Assembly (NCBI GenBank): GCA_963723965.1 | Contig: CAVRSV010000016.1 | Location: 36,923 to 100,922, forward strand | Reading direction: 5' to 3' | Origin: an uncultured Acidobacteriota bacterium | GTDB taxonomy: Bacteria; Acidobacteriota; UBA6911; RPQK01; JAPXNP01 | Length of the DNA: 64,000 nucleotides | Shown: positions 30,620 through 38,931 of the stretch, piece by piece | Layout: the number at the start of each line of letters is the position of its first letter | How positions within the stretch are numbered: the stretch's first letter is position 1 | Notes under the pieces: generated by a model | Seen by the model: only the letters and a program-made list of their open reading frames with translations | The model's database searches: none | Told to the model about the DNA's origin: nothing | Made by a program: the position numbers and the translations under genes

Positions 30620-32320
30620 CTACGTACTCCGCCCGATGGGAAGAGTGATCGTAAACGTGCTGCCTTCGCCGAGATTGCTTTCTACGTCGATCGATCCGCC
30701 CAGGTCCTTGATGATCCCGTAACTGACCGATAGTCCCAGTCCGGTTCCTTTTCCCACCTCCTTGGTCGTATAGAAGGGTACGAAGATCTTGCCCAGCTGC
30801 TCCTGGCTCATGCCCCGGCCGGTGTCGGCCACCGAGATCTCAACCTTCGCTCCGGCCCTGCGTACCCCGACCGTGATCGTGCCCGCCCGGCCCCCGAGTG
30901 CATCCACGGCATTGTTGAGGAGGTTCAGGAGAACCTGCTGCAGCTGATTCGTGTCGGTCAAGACCGGGGGCACGTCGGCCGCGAAGTCGCGGACGATTTC
31001 GATGTTCGAGACGGCCAGTTCGGGACCGAGCAATCCGTCGAGGACCTCGTCGATGACCGTCGCCAGATCCTGGGCGCGAAGTTCCACGCTGGTCTTGCGT
31101 ACGAAGCCCAGCAGCTTGTGGGTGATATTGCGACAGCGCAGGACCGATTCCTCGATGTTGTCCAGATGGGGACGCAGCTCCTGAGCGGGAGTCGGTTCCC
31201 CGAAGGCCGGGTCCATCAGATCCTTGATCAATCCGGCTTCCTCGTTGATGACTGCCAGCGGATTGTTGATTTCATGCGCGATGCCGGCGGCCAGTTCGCC
31301 GACCGAGGCCAGCTTTGAGGCATGGGCCAGCTGGGCCTGGGCCCGATCGCTGGACTTCTGGAGCTCGACCAGCTTGTCGGCGCGACTGAAGATCATGACT
31401 GTGATCAGGCCGATGAGGACCGCCGAGAAGAGCAGCAGCGTGCGCAGCGGCCGGGCCAGGAATCCGGCCGTCGCGGAATTCTGCGGCTGGACGATCAGTG
31501 CCCAGTCGGCCTGTCTGAGCCAGGAATAGGCATAGAAGACCGAAGCGCTTCCGATTCTCACCCACTCCGCGCCGAGCCGGGGTTCGGTCGGAGGCACGAT
31601 CGCCGAGGTCTCCAGGAGCGTGCCCATGTGGGGGGTGACCAGCTGGTAATAACCCTCCTTGTTCACGATGGACAGCAGGAGCTCGTTGTCCCCCTGAAGC
31701 GATCGGATGTAGTCGTAGATTCGTTCCGGGTCGAGCGTGGCTCGCAGGATCGGCCGATCGTGCCCGGACTGACCCTTGACGGCAATCGTGAAGTGCGGTC
31801 GCTGCCGGAATCCCAGGTAGATGTCGGTGATGACGAAATCCTGGTCCGGCCGGCTGAGGGTCTGAAACCAGGATTCGGAGCTGTAGTTGCGGTTCTCGAG
31901 GGACTGGTGGGGGCCGGCGTAGGAGGCCTGGATCCCGCGGGGATCGAAGTATCCGACGTCGACGAAGGTTTCGCTGCTCTTGACCAGTTCCTGGAGGAAG
32001 CCCTGCATCGCCGTCGACGAATGGTCTTCCAGAAAGCGCGGATCGTTGACCAGGTTCCTCAGATTGACGACCCGTTCGGTCAGGAACAGGTTGAGGGTGT
32101 TCGCCTGGTTTTCCGCGATGGCCGTCAGGTGCAGACGGCGGCTTTCTGAAATCAGGCTCTGATATTCGACGGTGAAGTAGAAGACCAGAATGACGAGGGG
32201 CGCGACGTACGTGAAGAGAAGACGCAGGATCTGGCGACGCCGGAACTCCCGGTAATGCTCATCCCCGAAGGGAAGGAAGTCCGCAAGCGAGGGCCATTTG
32301 GCAGCTGACACCTTGCCCAT
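30620..32320 (-). CDS. Sensor histidine kinase with periplasmic double-Cache-like domain, HisKA and HATPase_c
   Basis: TM, about 280-aa extracytoplasmic domain, TM. H-box AHEINNPLAVI. N/G boxes LLNNAVDA...DTGRGM...GTGLGLSVS. RBS GGAAGGGG before ATG 32320. Confidence 0.85.
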   Translation of the reverse strand: MGKVSAAKWPSLADFLPFGDEHYREFRRRQILRLLFTYVAPLVILVFYFTVEYQSLISESRRLHLTAIAENQANTLNLFLTERVVNLRNLVNDPRFLEDHSSTAMQGFLQELVKSSETFVDVGYFDPRGIQASYAGPHQSLENRNYSSESWFQTLSRPDQDFVITDIYLGFRQRPHFTIAVKGQSGHDRPILRATLDPERIYDYIRSLQGDNELLLSIVNKEGYYQLVTPHMGTLLETSAIVPPTEPRLGAEWVRIGSASVFYAYSWLRQADWALIVQPQNSATAGFLARPLRTLLLFSAVLIGLITVMIFSRADKLVELQKSSDRAQAQLAHASKLASVGELAAGIAHEINNPLAVINEEAGLIKDLMDPAFGEPTPAQELRPHLDNIEESVLRCRNITHKLLGFVRKTSVELRAQDLATVIDEVLDGLLGPELAVSNIEIVRDFAADVPPVLTDTNQLQQVLLNLLNNAVDALGGRAGTITVGVRRAGAKVEISVADTGRGMSQEQLGKIFVPFYTTKEVGKGTGLGLSVSYGIIKDLGGSIDVESNLGEGSTFTITLPIGRST

Positions 32321-32439
32321 TTCGTAGCCCCTTCCACTATCGAAAAAGGCGGCAGCGCCCACCGCCCCCCATCGTGTAACATCGAACGCTCTGGAAAGTC
32401 AACGGGTTCCGGAGCCCGGCCAGACGGTTTTCCAGGAGT

Positions 32440-32590
32440 GCCGGGGCTCCCTGGTTCCCGAGGAGTCTGAGAGCAAGATCCACCCCCAACTCCCCTCCCC
32501 CGGTCCTCCCGGTCCTCCGGCCCTCCCGTCCTCCGCGCTCCCTCCCGTCCTCCGGTCCTCCGGTCCTCCCGTCCTCCTCCTCCCTCTCAG
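32440..32590. repeat. Pyrimidine-rich simple repeat (CCGGTCCTC)n on plus, i.e. (GAGGACCGG)n in the 5' region of the minus-strand kinase operon
   Basis: ccggtcctcccggtcctccggccctcccgtcctccgcgctccctcccgtcctccggtcctccggtcctcccgtcctcc, about 12 degenerate units. Confidence 0.85.
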
Positions 32591-33039
32591 CTCCCGATGA
32601 GCTCCCGCACCTCCGCCACCAGCTTCTCCGGATCGATCGGTTTGTCGATGAACTTTTCGGGCTTGACCAGGCCCTCCTCACGCATCTGCCGGATCGTCTT
32701 CTTGAGGCTCTCCCGGAGGCTGTCGTAGGGGCGCTCGAGAGTGTCGGCGTCGGCGCGGTTTTCGTCCTCCTCCAAAACGTCGGCGACCGCGGTCAGCATG
32801 ATCACGGGAATGTGGCGATATCGCTCGTCCTTGCGCAACTGCTTGAACAGTAGAAACCCGCTGCGCTTCGGCATCATCACATCGAGCAGGATCAGATCGG
32901 GCTGGGTCTCCTCGACTTTCTGGAATCCCTCCTCGCCGTCGCCGGCCGCGGTCGGTTCGTAGCCCCCCTCGCGCAGGGCAACCGACAGGAATTTAACGGT
33001 GTTCTCATCGTCGTCGACGACCAACACTTTCTTCGACAT
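32587..33039 (-). CDS. Single-domain response regulator (CheY-like)
   Basis: MSKKVLVVDDDENTVKF...LILLDVMMPKRSGF...IMLTAV. RBS GAGGAGGAG 4 nt before the ATG. Overlaps the upstream kinase by 32 nt. Confidence 0.8.
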   Translation of the reverse strand: MSKKVLVVDDDENTVKFLSVALREGGYEPTAAGDGEEGFQKVEETQPDLILLDVMMPKRSGFLLFKQLRKDERYRHIPVIMLTAVADVLEEDENRADADTLERPYDSLRESLKKTIRQMREEGLVKPEKFIDKPIDPEKLVAEVRELIGS

Positions 33040-34945
33040 CGATCTCCTCCTCTCTGGCCCAGGGACCTTCGATCGGCAACAGCACCCGGAAGCTGGCTCC
33101 CTGACCCGGCTTCGAGCCGACCTCGATCTTGCCGCCGTGGGCGCTGACAGCGCGAGACGCAACCGCGAGCCCCATCCCCGTGCCTTTTTCCTTCTTGGTA
33201 CTGAAGAACGGCGTGAACAGCTTGGCTCGAACCTCCTCCGTCATCCCCTCCCCGTTGTCGGTGACCATGATGCAAACGAACCGCTCGCCGCAGCGTCGGA
33301 CAGCAAGCTCCACCCGAGCTCTCTGGCCCGGGTCGTACTCCTGCCACCCGCACGCATCCAGGGAATTCGACAGGAGGTCCATCACGACGGCATGGATCAG
33401 TTCGCGGTCGCAGAGCACTTCGGGCAGCGGTTCCGCAATCTCGAGCGCCAGTTCGACGTCGTTCTCCCGGAACCTCGGTCCGCTCAGCGTATGAATCCCG
33501 CGGACGAGCTCTCCCAGGTCAGTCGGCATCAGGTCGAGCTTCCGCTCCCTGGCGAACTCCAGCATGCTGCTGGAGAGTCGAGTCATGTGGTCGATCCCCT
33601 CCTGGACCATCTCCCACCCCTCACTCAAAAGCTGCCGATCGTCCTTCGCCAGCCCCGTCTTGACCATGTAGGAACCGCCCTTCAGGACGTTCAGCAGGTT
33701 TTTGACGGAGTGCTGAATGCCGATGAGCGCCTGGCCGAGGGCCGCCATCTTCTCCGACTGCAGGAGCTGGCGTTGCAGGCGCTTCTCCCGGGTGACATCC
33801 TTGCTGATCCCGTAGGTGCCGATGGCCGTCCCGTCCGCCCGGCGCAGGCGGGACAGGGTCAGGATCACGTCCCGGATCCTCCCGTCGATCGTGCGGAAGT
33901 GGGTCTCGTAGTTCACTACGTGATCCGTGTATTCGAGCTGAGCGATGGCGACATCCCGTTCGGCGGGATCGGCAAAGAGCATCTCGATGCGCTCTCCGAT
34001 CACCTCGTCGCGCCGATAGCCGAGCGTGCGCTCGGCGCCTGCATTGAAGGTCTGGATCAGCCCCTGGGGATCGACGGTGATGATGATGTCGGCCGAATTC
34101 TCCACGATGCCTTCCAGATACTCTCGCGTGCGCTTGAGCTTTCGGAGCGTCCCCGAGAGCTGCTCCGTCATTTCGTTGAAGGCGGAGGCCAGCGATGCGA
34201 ACTCATCCGAGCCGTCGTCGTTGAAGCGGAAGTCGAAGTCGGCATTCGTCACTCGGCGGATTCCCTCGGTGAGGGTCTGGATGCGCCTGCCCACGAGGCG
34301 TTGAACCGCCCACCAGGCTGCCAGCGTGCAGAGGAGAATGGCGACGATGACGCCGATGCCCGTCTTCATCCGGTGCTGGGCCACCAGCGAGTCGACGCGC
34401 TGCAGCGAATAGTCGACCCTCAGGTAGCCGAGCGGTCGCTCGACGCCCTCGTGCGTGTGGCAGGAGGCGTTGGCGCAGCCCGCCTCGTTGTAGATGGGGG
34501 TGACGACGGCGAGTATGTTCCTCCCGTCGCCCGCCCTCCAGATGCGGTCGAGCGATCTGATGTCGGTCCGTCCCCGGTCGGCGCCGTCCGTGTGGCATCC
34601 GACACAGGGCCATGTATCCCGCGGCAGCGTGCGGGCGTCCGGTCCGTGGAAGGAGACGACGGTCTGTCCCTCATGCGCGGCCAACTGGATGTTTTCGTAG
34701 ACGGGGTTGTCCTGCGCGAGTCCGCTGACCAACTCCCGGATGCCCTCCAGATCGCGCGTTGCCATGAAGCGATGGAGACCGAGAATGAGGGTTCGCGAGT
34801 CCATTCGGGACACGTCCCGGGCAGAGGCCAGTGCTTCCCGGCGGTCGTCCAGGCTGTTGACGTAGGCGGTGACGGCCCAGACCAGCACGATCAGCGCCGA
34901 GAACAGTCCACTCAGCTTCCAGGCGACCCGGTTGCGTCCGAGCAT
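33005..34945 (-). CDS. Sensor histidine kinase with periplasmic c-type-heme-binding domain (CXXCH), HAMP, PAS, HisKA and HATPase_c
   Basis: Periplasmic segment contains CVGCH (CXXCH) and a second CANASCH (CX4CH-like). Then TM, HAMP, PAS (IITVDPQGLIQTFNAGAERTLGY), H-box, and ATP-binding DNGEGM...GTGMGLAV. Confidence 0.82.
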   Translation of the reverse strand: MLGRNRVAWKLSGLFSALIVLVWAVTAYVNSLDDRREALASARDVSRMDSRTLILGLHRFMATRDLEGIRELVSGLAQDNPVYENIQLAAHEGQTVVSFHGPDARTLPRDTWPCVGCHTDGADRGRTDIRSLDRIWRAGDGRNILAVVTPIYNEAGCANASCHTHEGVERPLGYLRVDYSLQRVDSLVAQHRMKTGIGVIVAILLCTLAAWWAVQRLVGRRIQTLTEGIRRVTNADFDFRFNDDGSDEFASLASAFNEMTEQLSGTLRKLKRTREYLEGIVENSADIIITVDPQGLIQTFNAGAERTLGYRRDEVIGERIEMLFADPAERDVAIAQLEYTDHVVNYETHFRTIDGRIRDVILTLSRLRRADGTAIGTYGISKDVTREKRLQRQLLQSEKMAALGQALIGIQHSVKNLLNVLKGGSYMVKTGLAKDDRQLLSEGWEMVQEGIDHMTRLSSSMLEFARERKLDLMPTDLGELVRGIHTLSGPRFRENDVELALEIAEPLPEVLCDRELIHAVVMDLLSNSLDACGWQEYDPGQRARVELAVRRCGERFVCIMVTDNGEGMTEEVRAKLFTPFFSTKKEKGTGMGLAVASRAVSAHGGKIEVGSKPGQGASFRVLLPIEGPWAREEEIDVEESVGRRRR

Positions 34946-35332
34946 GGTTTCCCAGGGCTTTGAACGGCTTACCTCGCCGGAGTTCGGCCCGCCTCCGGAC
35001 GAGGAGAGACACCTAGATGATACAGATCAGGACCGGTCCTGAATACAGGGAAGGATCGATCGGGACGCAGTTGAGAAAGGCGGCGGGGGGCATCCGGGCG
35101 CACCGGGAATCGGCAGGAGAACCTGCGCTGACCGATTCACGAAAAGCAGAATGTCCCCTTCACTCGACTCCCGAAACTCGAAACTCGAAACCCTGCCGGG
35201 GCCCGACAGTGTTCGATTCGCGACAGGGGTTCGGGGGACGGGGCCTGATAGAATGATCCTCAACACGAGTCGGGAGGGCCGCAGCGCTCTCCTTCCTTTT
35301 TGATCAATCGCAGATTCGCTGGAGGTTCTCCT

Positions 35333-36370
35333 TTGAGAGTTAGATCCATCCGATTCGTCTTTGTGTTTGCCGCAGGGCTCCTGATGAATTCGACAGTGTG
35401 GGGCGGCGGCAACTGTTCGGGCACCAGCACCGGCCTGATTCCGATTACGGAACTGCGGGGCAACTACCAGGGAAGCGCGGGTCTTCTCTATGACGGTTCG
35501 AACCAGCGGCCGGCGGCCCTGACCGCGGCCGCACCGCCCGTCGAGCCGATCGATGGCCGCATTGTCGTCGCCGGGATGGGAATGAGCAACACGTACCAGG
35601 ATTTTTCGGTCTTCCAGGAACTGGCTGCGCAGGACGACTCCATCAATCCGGAGGTGCAGTTCGTCAACCTGTCGGCGGGCGGCTGCGTGGCTCGGGAAAC
35701 CGCCGACCCGTCGAACCGCTGTTGGAGCATCTTTCGGAATCAGCTGGCCGGGGCCGGTCTGTCTTTTGACGATGTCCAGGTCCTCTGGCTGAAGACCACC
35801 AGCACGACGCGGGGCACCGTCTTTCCGGAGAGTGCGCAATACCTGCTCCACGACCTGCAGGACACGCTCAGCGTGGTCCGGCAGCGCATGCCCAACGTCA
35901 AGCAGGTCTACGTGTCGAGCCGGGTGTATGCCGGCTACGCGAGCGTTCCCCTCAATCCCGAACCCTATTCGTACGAAACGGGCTTTGCCTTCAAGGAACT
36001 GGTCCACGACCAGTTCCCCGGGCTCTGGATTTCCTGGGGGCCCTATTTGTGGGCGGACGGGACGAACGTCCGGTCGGATGGCCTGTTCTGGGTTTGCGAC
36101 GACTTTCAGAACGACGGCACTCATCCGTCCCGGTTCGGCAGTCTCAAGGTCGCCCACGCTCTGCTCGACTTCTTCAGGGACGACGCGGTTGCCCGTCGCT
36201 GGTTCCTGGCCGGCGGCAACCCCGGACCCGGTCCCGCACCCGGCCCCGAGGCGATCTCCAGCCTGGTTCAGAGCCTCATCGACGATATCAACAGCCAAAA
36301 CACGACGATCCCCGACATCCTCTCGAGGCTCGAGGACATCCGCGACCGGCTCCTGGCCGAGGGAAACTAG
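35333..36370 (+). CDS. Secreted SGNH/GDSL-like hydrolase-fold protein (putative esterase/acylhydrolase)
   Basis: TTG start with GGAGG RBS 7 nt upstream. Signal MRVRSIRFVFVFAAGLLMNS. C-terminal block DGTHPS matches SGNH block V (DxxHP). Polyproline-glycine linker GNPGPGPAPGP. Confidence 0.5.
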   Translation: MRVRSIRFVFVFAAGLLMNSTVWGGGNCSGTSTGLIPITELRGNYQGSAGLLYDGSNQRPAALTAAAPPVEPIDGRIVVAGMGMSNTYQDFSVFQELAAQDDSINPEVQFVNLSAGGCVARETADPSNRCWSIFRNQLAGAGLSFDDVQVLWLKTTSTTRGTVFPESAQYLLHDLQDTLSVVRQRMPNVKQVYVSSRVYAGYASVPLNPEPYSYETGFAFKELVHDQFPGLWISWGPYLWADGTNVRSDGLFWVCDDFQNDGTHPSRFGSLKVAHALLDFFRDDAVARRWFLAGGNPGPGPAPGPEAISSLVQSLIDDINSQNTTIPDILSRLEDIRDRLLAEGN

Positions 36371-36960
36371 CGGGATTTTCGATTTTCGATGGCCGAATTT
36401 CGATGGCCGATTTTCGATTCGAGCCGTGGCCGGCGAGGGTAATCCAGGCTTCCAGCCTGGCATGTCCAGCGGGCTTCCAGCCCGCCCGGTGCCCTTCCGG
36501 CCCGTCGGGCCAGACTCCATCGGAGGGGGATCTTCCAGAGAGAAGATCACCGCTTTCCTGAGGTTCGTCCTCAGTGGCGAATGGCCGCAACGAAGGGCCG
36601 GGTCGACCGGGAAGAGCCGGGACTCACCTGCCTGTCGGGAGGTTCGGTGGATCGGATCGCCGGACGGATCGCGAACCACGTTGTCGGAATCACTGTCGAC
36701 CACGAGGGTCCCGTGCGCTCCGTTCATGACCGCCGACTTGCGGGGCAGGCTGGAAGTGCGGGAGCTCGCTCCCGCCATCGATCCACCCCGGACGCCCATG
36801 CCGACTCGCACCGCCGGCCGGCGACCAGCCCCCGCCGAAGCCCGGGAGACCCCCCGACCGAGGCCCCTCCTCGGAAAGCGGCAGCAAGCTGCCGCCGTCG
36901 CGCGCCCACGAGCGCCGCGGCAGCGTGGCAGCTCAATCCAAAGCGGCTGCGGCACCGAAT
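36365..36960. repeat. 7-mer micro-tandem (GATTTTC/GATGGCC) followed by Family-C multi-hairpin repeat copy
   Basis: gattttcgattttcgatggccgaatttcgatggccgattttcgattcgag. Then a C-type unit with gaaagcggcagcaagctgccgcc. Confidence 0.7.
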
Positions 36961-37376
36961 TGAATCTCTCGAGCCTCGGATGCCGCCCTGCGGATCTCCC
37001 GGACGACGATCGCCAGACCGTTCCGGCGGGTCGGAGAGAGCTGTGCGCTCAGCCCGATCTCGCGGAGGAAGTAGAGATGGGCTTCGGCGATCTCCCCCGG
37101 CGGCCGGTCATTGAAGACCCGCAGCAGCAGGGAGAGGATGCCCCGGGTGATCAGGGAATCGCTGTCGGCCGAGAAGTGGAGCGTGCCGTCGCGTCGCTCG
37201 CTTCGAAGCCAGACCGTGGACTGGCATCCGGGCACGGCGTGATCGTCGGTCTTCCAGCGATCGTCCAGGCCGGCATGGTCCCTTCCGAGTTCCACCAGAT
37301 GGCCGTACTTTTCCAGGCCGTCCTCGAAGCGGCGGAACTCTTCGACGATCGAGTCCTGGACGTCGTTCAAGGTCAT
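36933..37376 (-). CDS. sufE: SufE-like sulfur acceptor protein
   Basis: 147 aa. Conserved PGCQSTVWL active-site Cys loop. RBS GAAGGACGG before the ATG. Confidence 0.7.
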   Translation of the reverse strand: MTLNDVQDSIVEEFRRFEDGLEKYGHLVELGRDHAGLDDRWKTDDHAVPGCQSTVWLRSERRDGTLHFSADSDSLITRGILSLLLRVFNDRPPGEIAEAHLYFLREIGLSAQLSPTRRNGLAIVVREIRRAASEAREIQFGAAAALD

Positions 37377-37388
37377 CCCTGCCGTCCT

Positions 37389-38678
37389 TCAGTCCGGGAT
37401 CCCCGTCGCGATGGGGTTGGTCTCGTCATTGCTCCACTCGAACCAGCCGCCGTCATAGACGGCCGCCCGCGGCCAACCCATGAGCCAGGCGTTGAAGAAG
37501 GCTTCGCTGGCGCGCCAGCCCGTGCCGCAATAGAAAGCGTTGAACTTGTCCGGCGTGACCCCGGCCTCTTTCCAGAGGGCGGCGATCTCCCCGTATTCGC
37601 GGCAGGTATGGTCCGGATTGCGGTAGTTCTCCATGTGATAGGCGTCGCTGCCGCAGTTTCCGAAGACGGCGCCCGGGATGCGCCCCTTCTTCTCGATGTA
37701 GTTGTAACCGCTGACCTCGCCGATGAACTCGCGCCAGCTGCGGACGCTGACGAGGTTCCTGTCCGGGGCTTTGAGGATTTCGCGGGCCTCCGGAAGGTCC
37801 ACGACGAGCTGCGGACGTCCCGGGATCGGTGCCCCGAACTCCTCGACCGGGTGCCGGGGCGTGTCTTCCGTCGAGACGGAGTGGCCGTCGTCGAGCCAGG
37901 ACTGCAGGCCGCCGTTCAGCACCCGAACATCCCGGACTCCGGCGTACAGCAGGATGAGGGCGCAGCGCATGGCCGCCAGCTGTCCCGCGCTGCTGCCCGG
38001 AAAGGGGTCGGCATTGTCGGGAAAGGAGAATCGCCCGTAGAGAATGACGGTGGTATTGGAGGCGATTCCCAGGTCCTTCAGGGTTCGCTCGAGCTCGGCC
38101 GGCGAACGGCGATTCCACGTCTCGGTGGACTCGAGCGTGTTCGTGTCGACGTCGATCGCGCCCGGGATGTGGCCCTCCTCGTAGGCGCTCCGGTTCTGGT
38201 AATGGGCGTGACAGATCACATAGCTCGAACCCCCGTATTCGGGGGCTGTACCCGACGTGATCAGAGTGTGCAGCCACCAGGCCGGCACCAGCTGGCGGTA
38301 GCGCTCGAGACCCTCCAGCGGAAGGGCCGGATCGGCGCACCACTCGTCGACGAAAGGGAGGTAGATCCGGACATCCGCCCAGCCGGCCCGGCGGAAGAGA
38401 CCGGCGACGCCCTCGACCTGCTGCGCGTCGTCGCCGTACACCACCAGACGCTCCCGGGGCTGGATGCCCTTGGCCCGGACGATTTCCGGCCAGTCCAGGT
38501 AGGAGCTCCATTTAAAGGGCAGATTGCGGGCGCCGGGAAGATGTCCTCCCCGGGGCTCGTCCCGCCTGCGCCATCCGTTATAGGCGTCCGGAGATCGCAC
38601 ATCGATGAGCGTCGAGTCATCGCTCTCCAGACGGGATCGCAGCTGGGCGGTCGTCAATTCCGGCAGATCGTGGGCCAT
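37389..38678 (-). CDS. Triple-rhodanese-domain sulfurtransferase (YnjE-like thiosulfate/persulfide sulfurtransferase)
   Basis: 429 aa, three rhodanese repeats. Catalytic loop FYCGTGWRAS in the last one. RBS AAAGGAGAG. Confidence 0.8.
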   Translation of the reverse strand: MAHDLPELTTAQLRSRLESDDSTLIDVRSPDAYNGWRRRDEPRGGHLPGARNLPFKWSSYLDWPEIVRAKGIQPRERLVVYGDDAQQVEGVAGLFRRAGWADVRIYLPFVDEWCADPALPLEGLERYRQLVPAWWLHTLITSGTAPEYGGSSYVICHAHYQNRSAYEEGHIPGAIDVDTNTLESTETWNRRSPAELERTLKDLGIASNTTVILYGRFSFPDNADPFPGSSAGQLAAMRCALILLYAGVRDVRVLNGGLQSWLDDGHSVSTEDTPRHPVEEFGAPIPGRPQLVVDLPEAREILKAPDRNLVSVRSWREFIGEVSGYNYIEKKGRIPGAVFGNCGSDAYHMENYRNPDHTCREYGEIAALWKEAGVTPDKFNAFYCGTGWRASEAFFNAWLMGWPRAAVYDGGWFEWSNDETNPIATGIPD

Positions 38679-38699
38679 CGCGTCGCTCTCCTTTCATTT

Positions 38700-38930
38700 G
38701 AAGGGTACCATCGGCGGATTTGAGATTTGAGATTTGAGATTTACGATTTGGAGGCGCAAAGGGTAAGGGTTGTGTTGGATCGGGCAGTGGCAGGCAGGCA
38801 AATGCACGGCGGGCCGCCACCAACAAAGAATCCCTTTGCGGCGTTGCGTACTTCGCGGCTTGGCGTGAGATCAGGCTGCCGAGCCCTCACTCCAGTGGCG
38901 GCACACCGATCGGAGGCCGCCGCGGCTGTG
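38700..38930 (+). repeat. GATTTGA 7-mer micro-tandem plus Family-B repeat copy 4
   Basis: ggatttgagatttgagatttgagatttacgatttgg. Then ...caaagaatccctttgcggcgttgcgtacttcgcggcttggcgtgagatcaggctgccgagccctcactccagtggcggcac. Confidence 0.7.
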
Positions 38931-38931
38931 C

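Noticed and set aside
28208-30733. 841-aa plus-strand ORF
   Set aside because: Antisense to the REC::permease gene.
35027-36955. 642-aa minus-strand ORF
   Set aside because: Antisense to the SGNH-like gene and runs through the repeats. Arg/Gly/Pro-rich translation typical of spurious high-GC ORFs.
35832-38723. 963-aa plus-strand ORF
   Set aside because: Antisense to the sufE and rhodanese genes and spans the repeat region. No domain signal.
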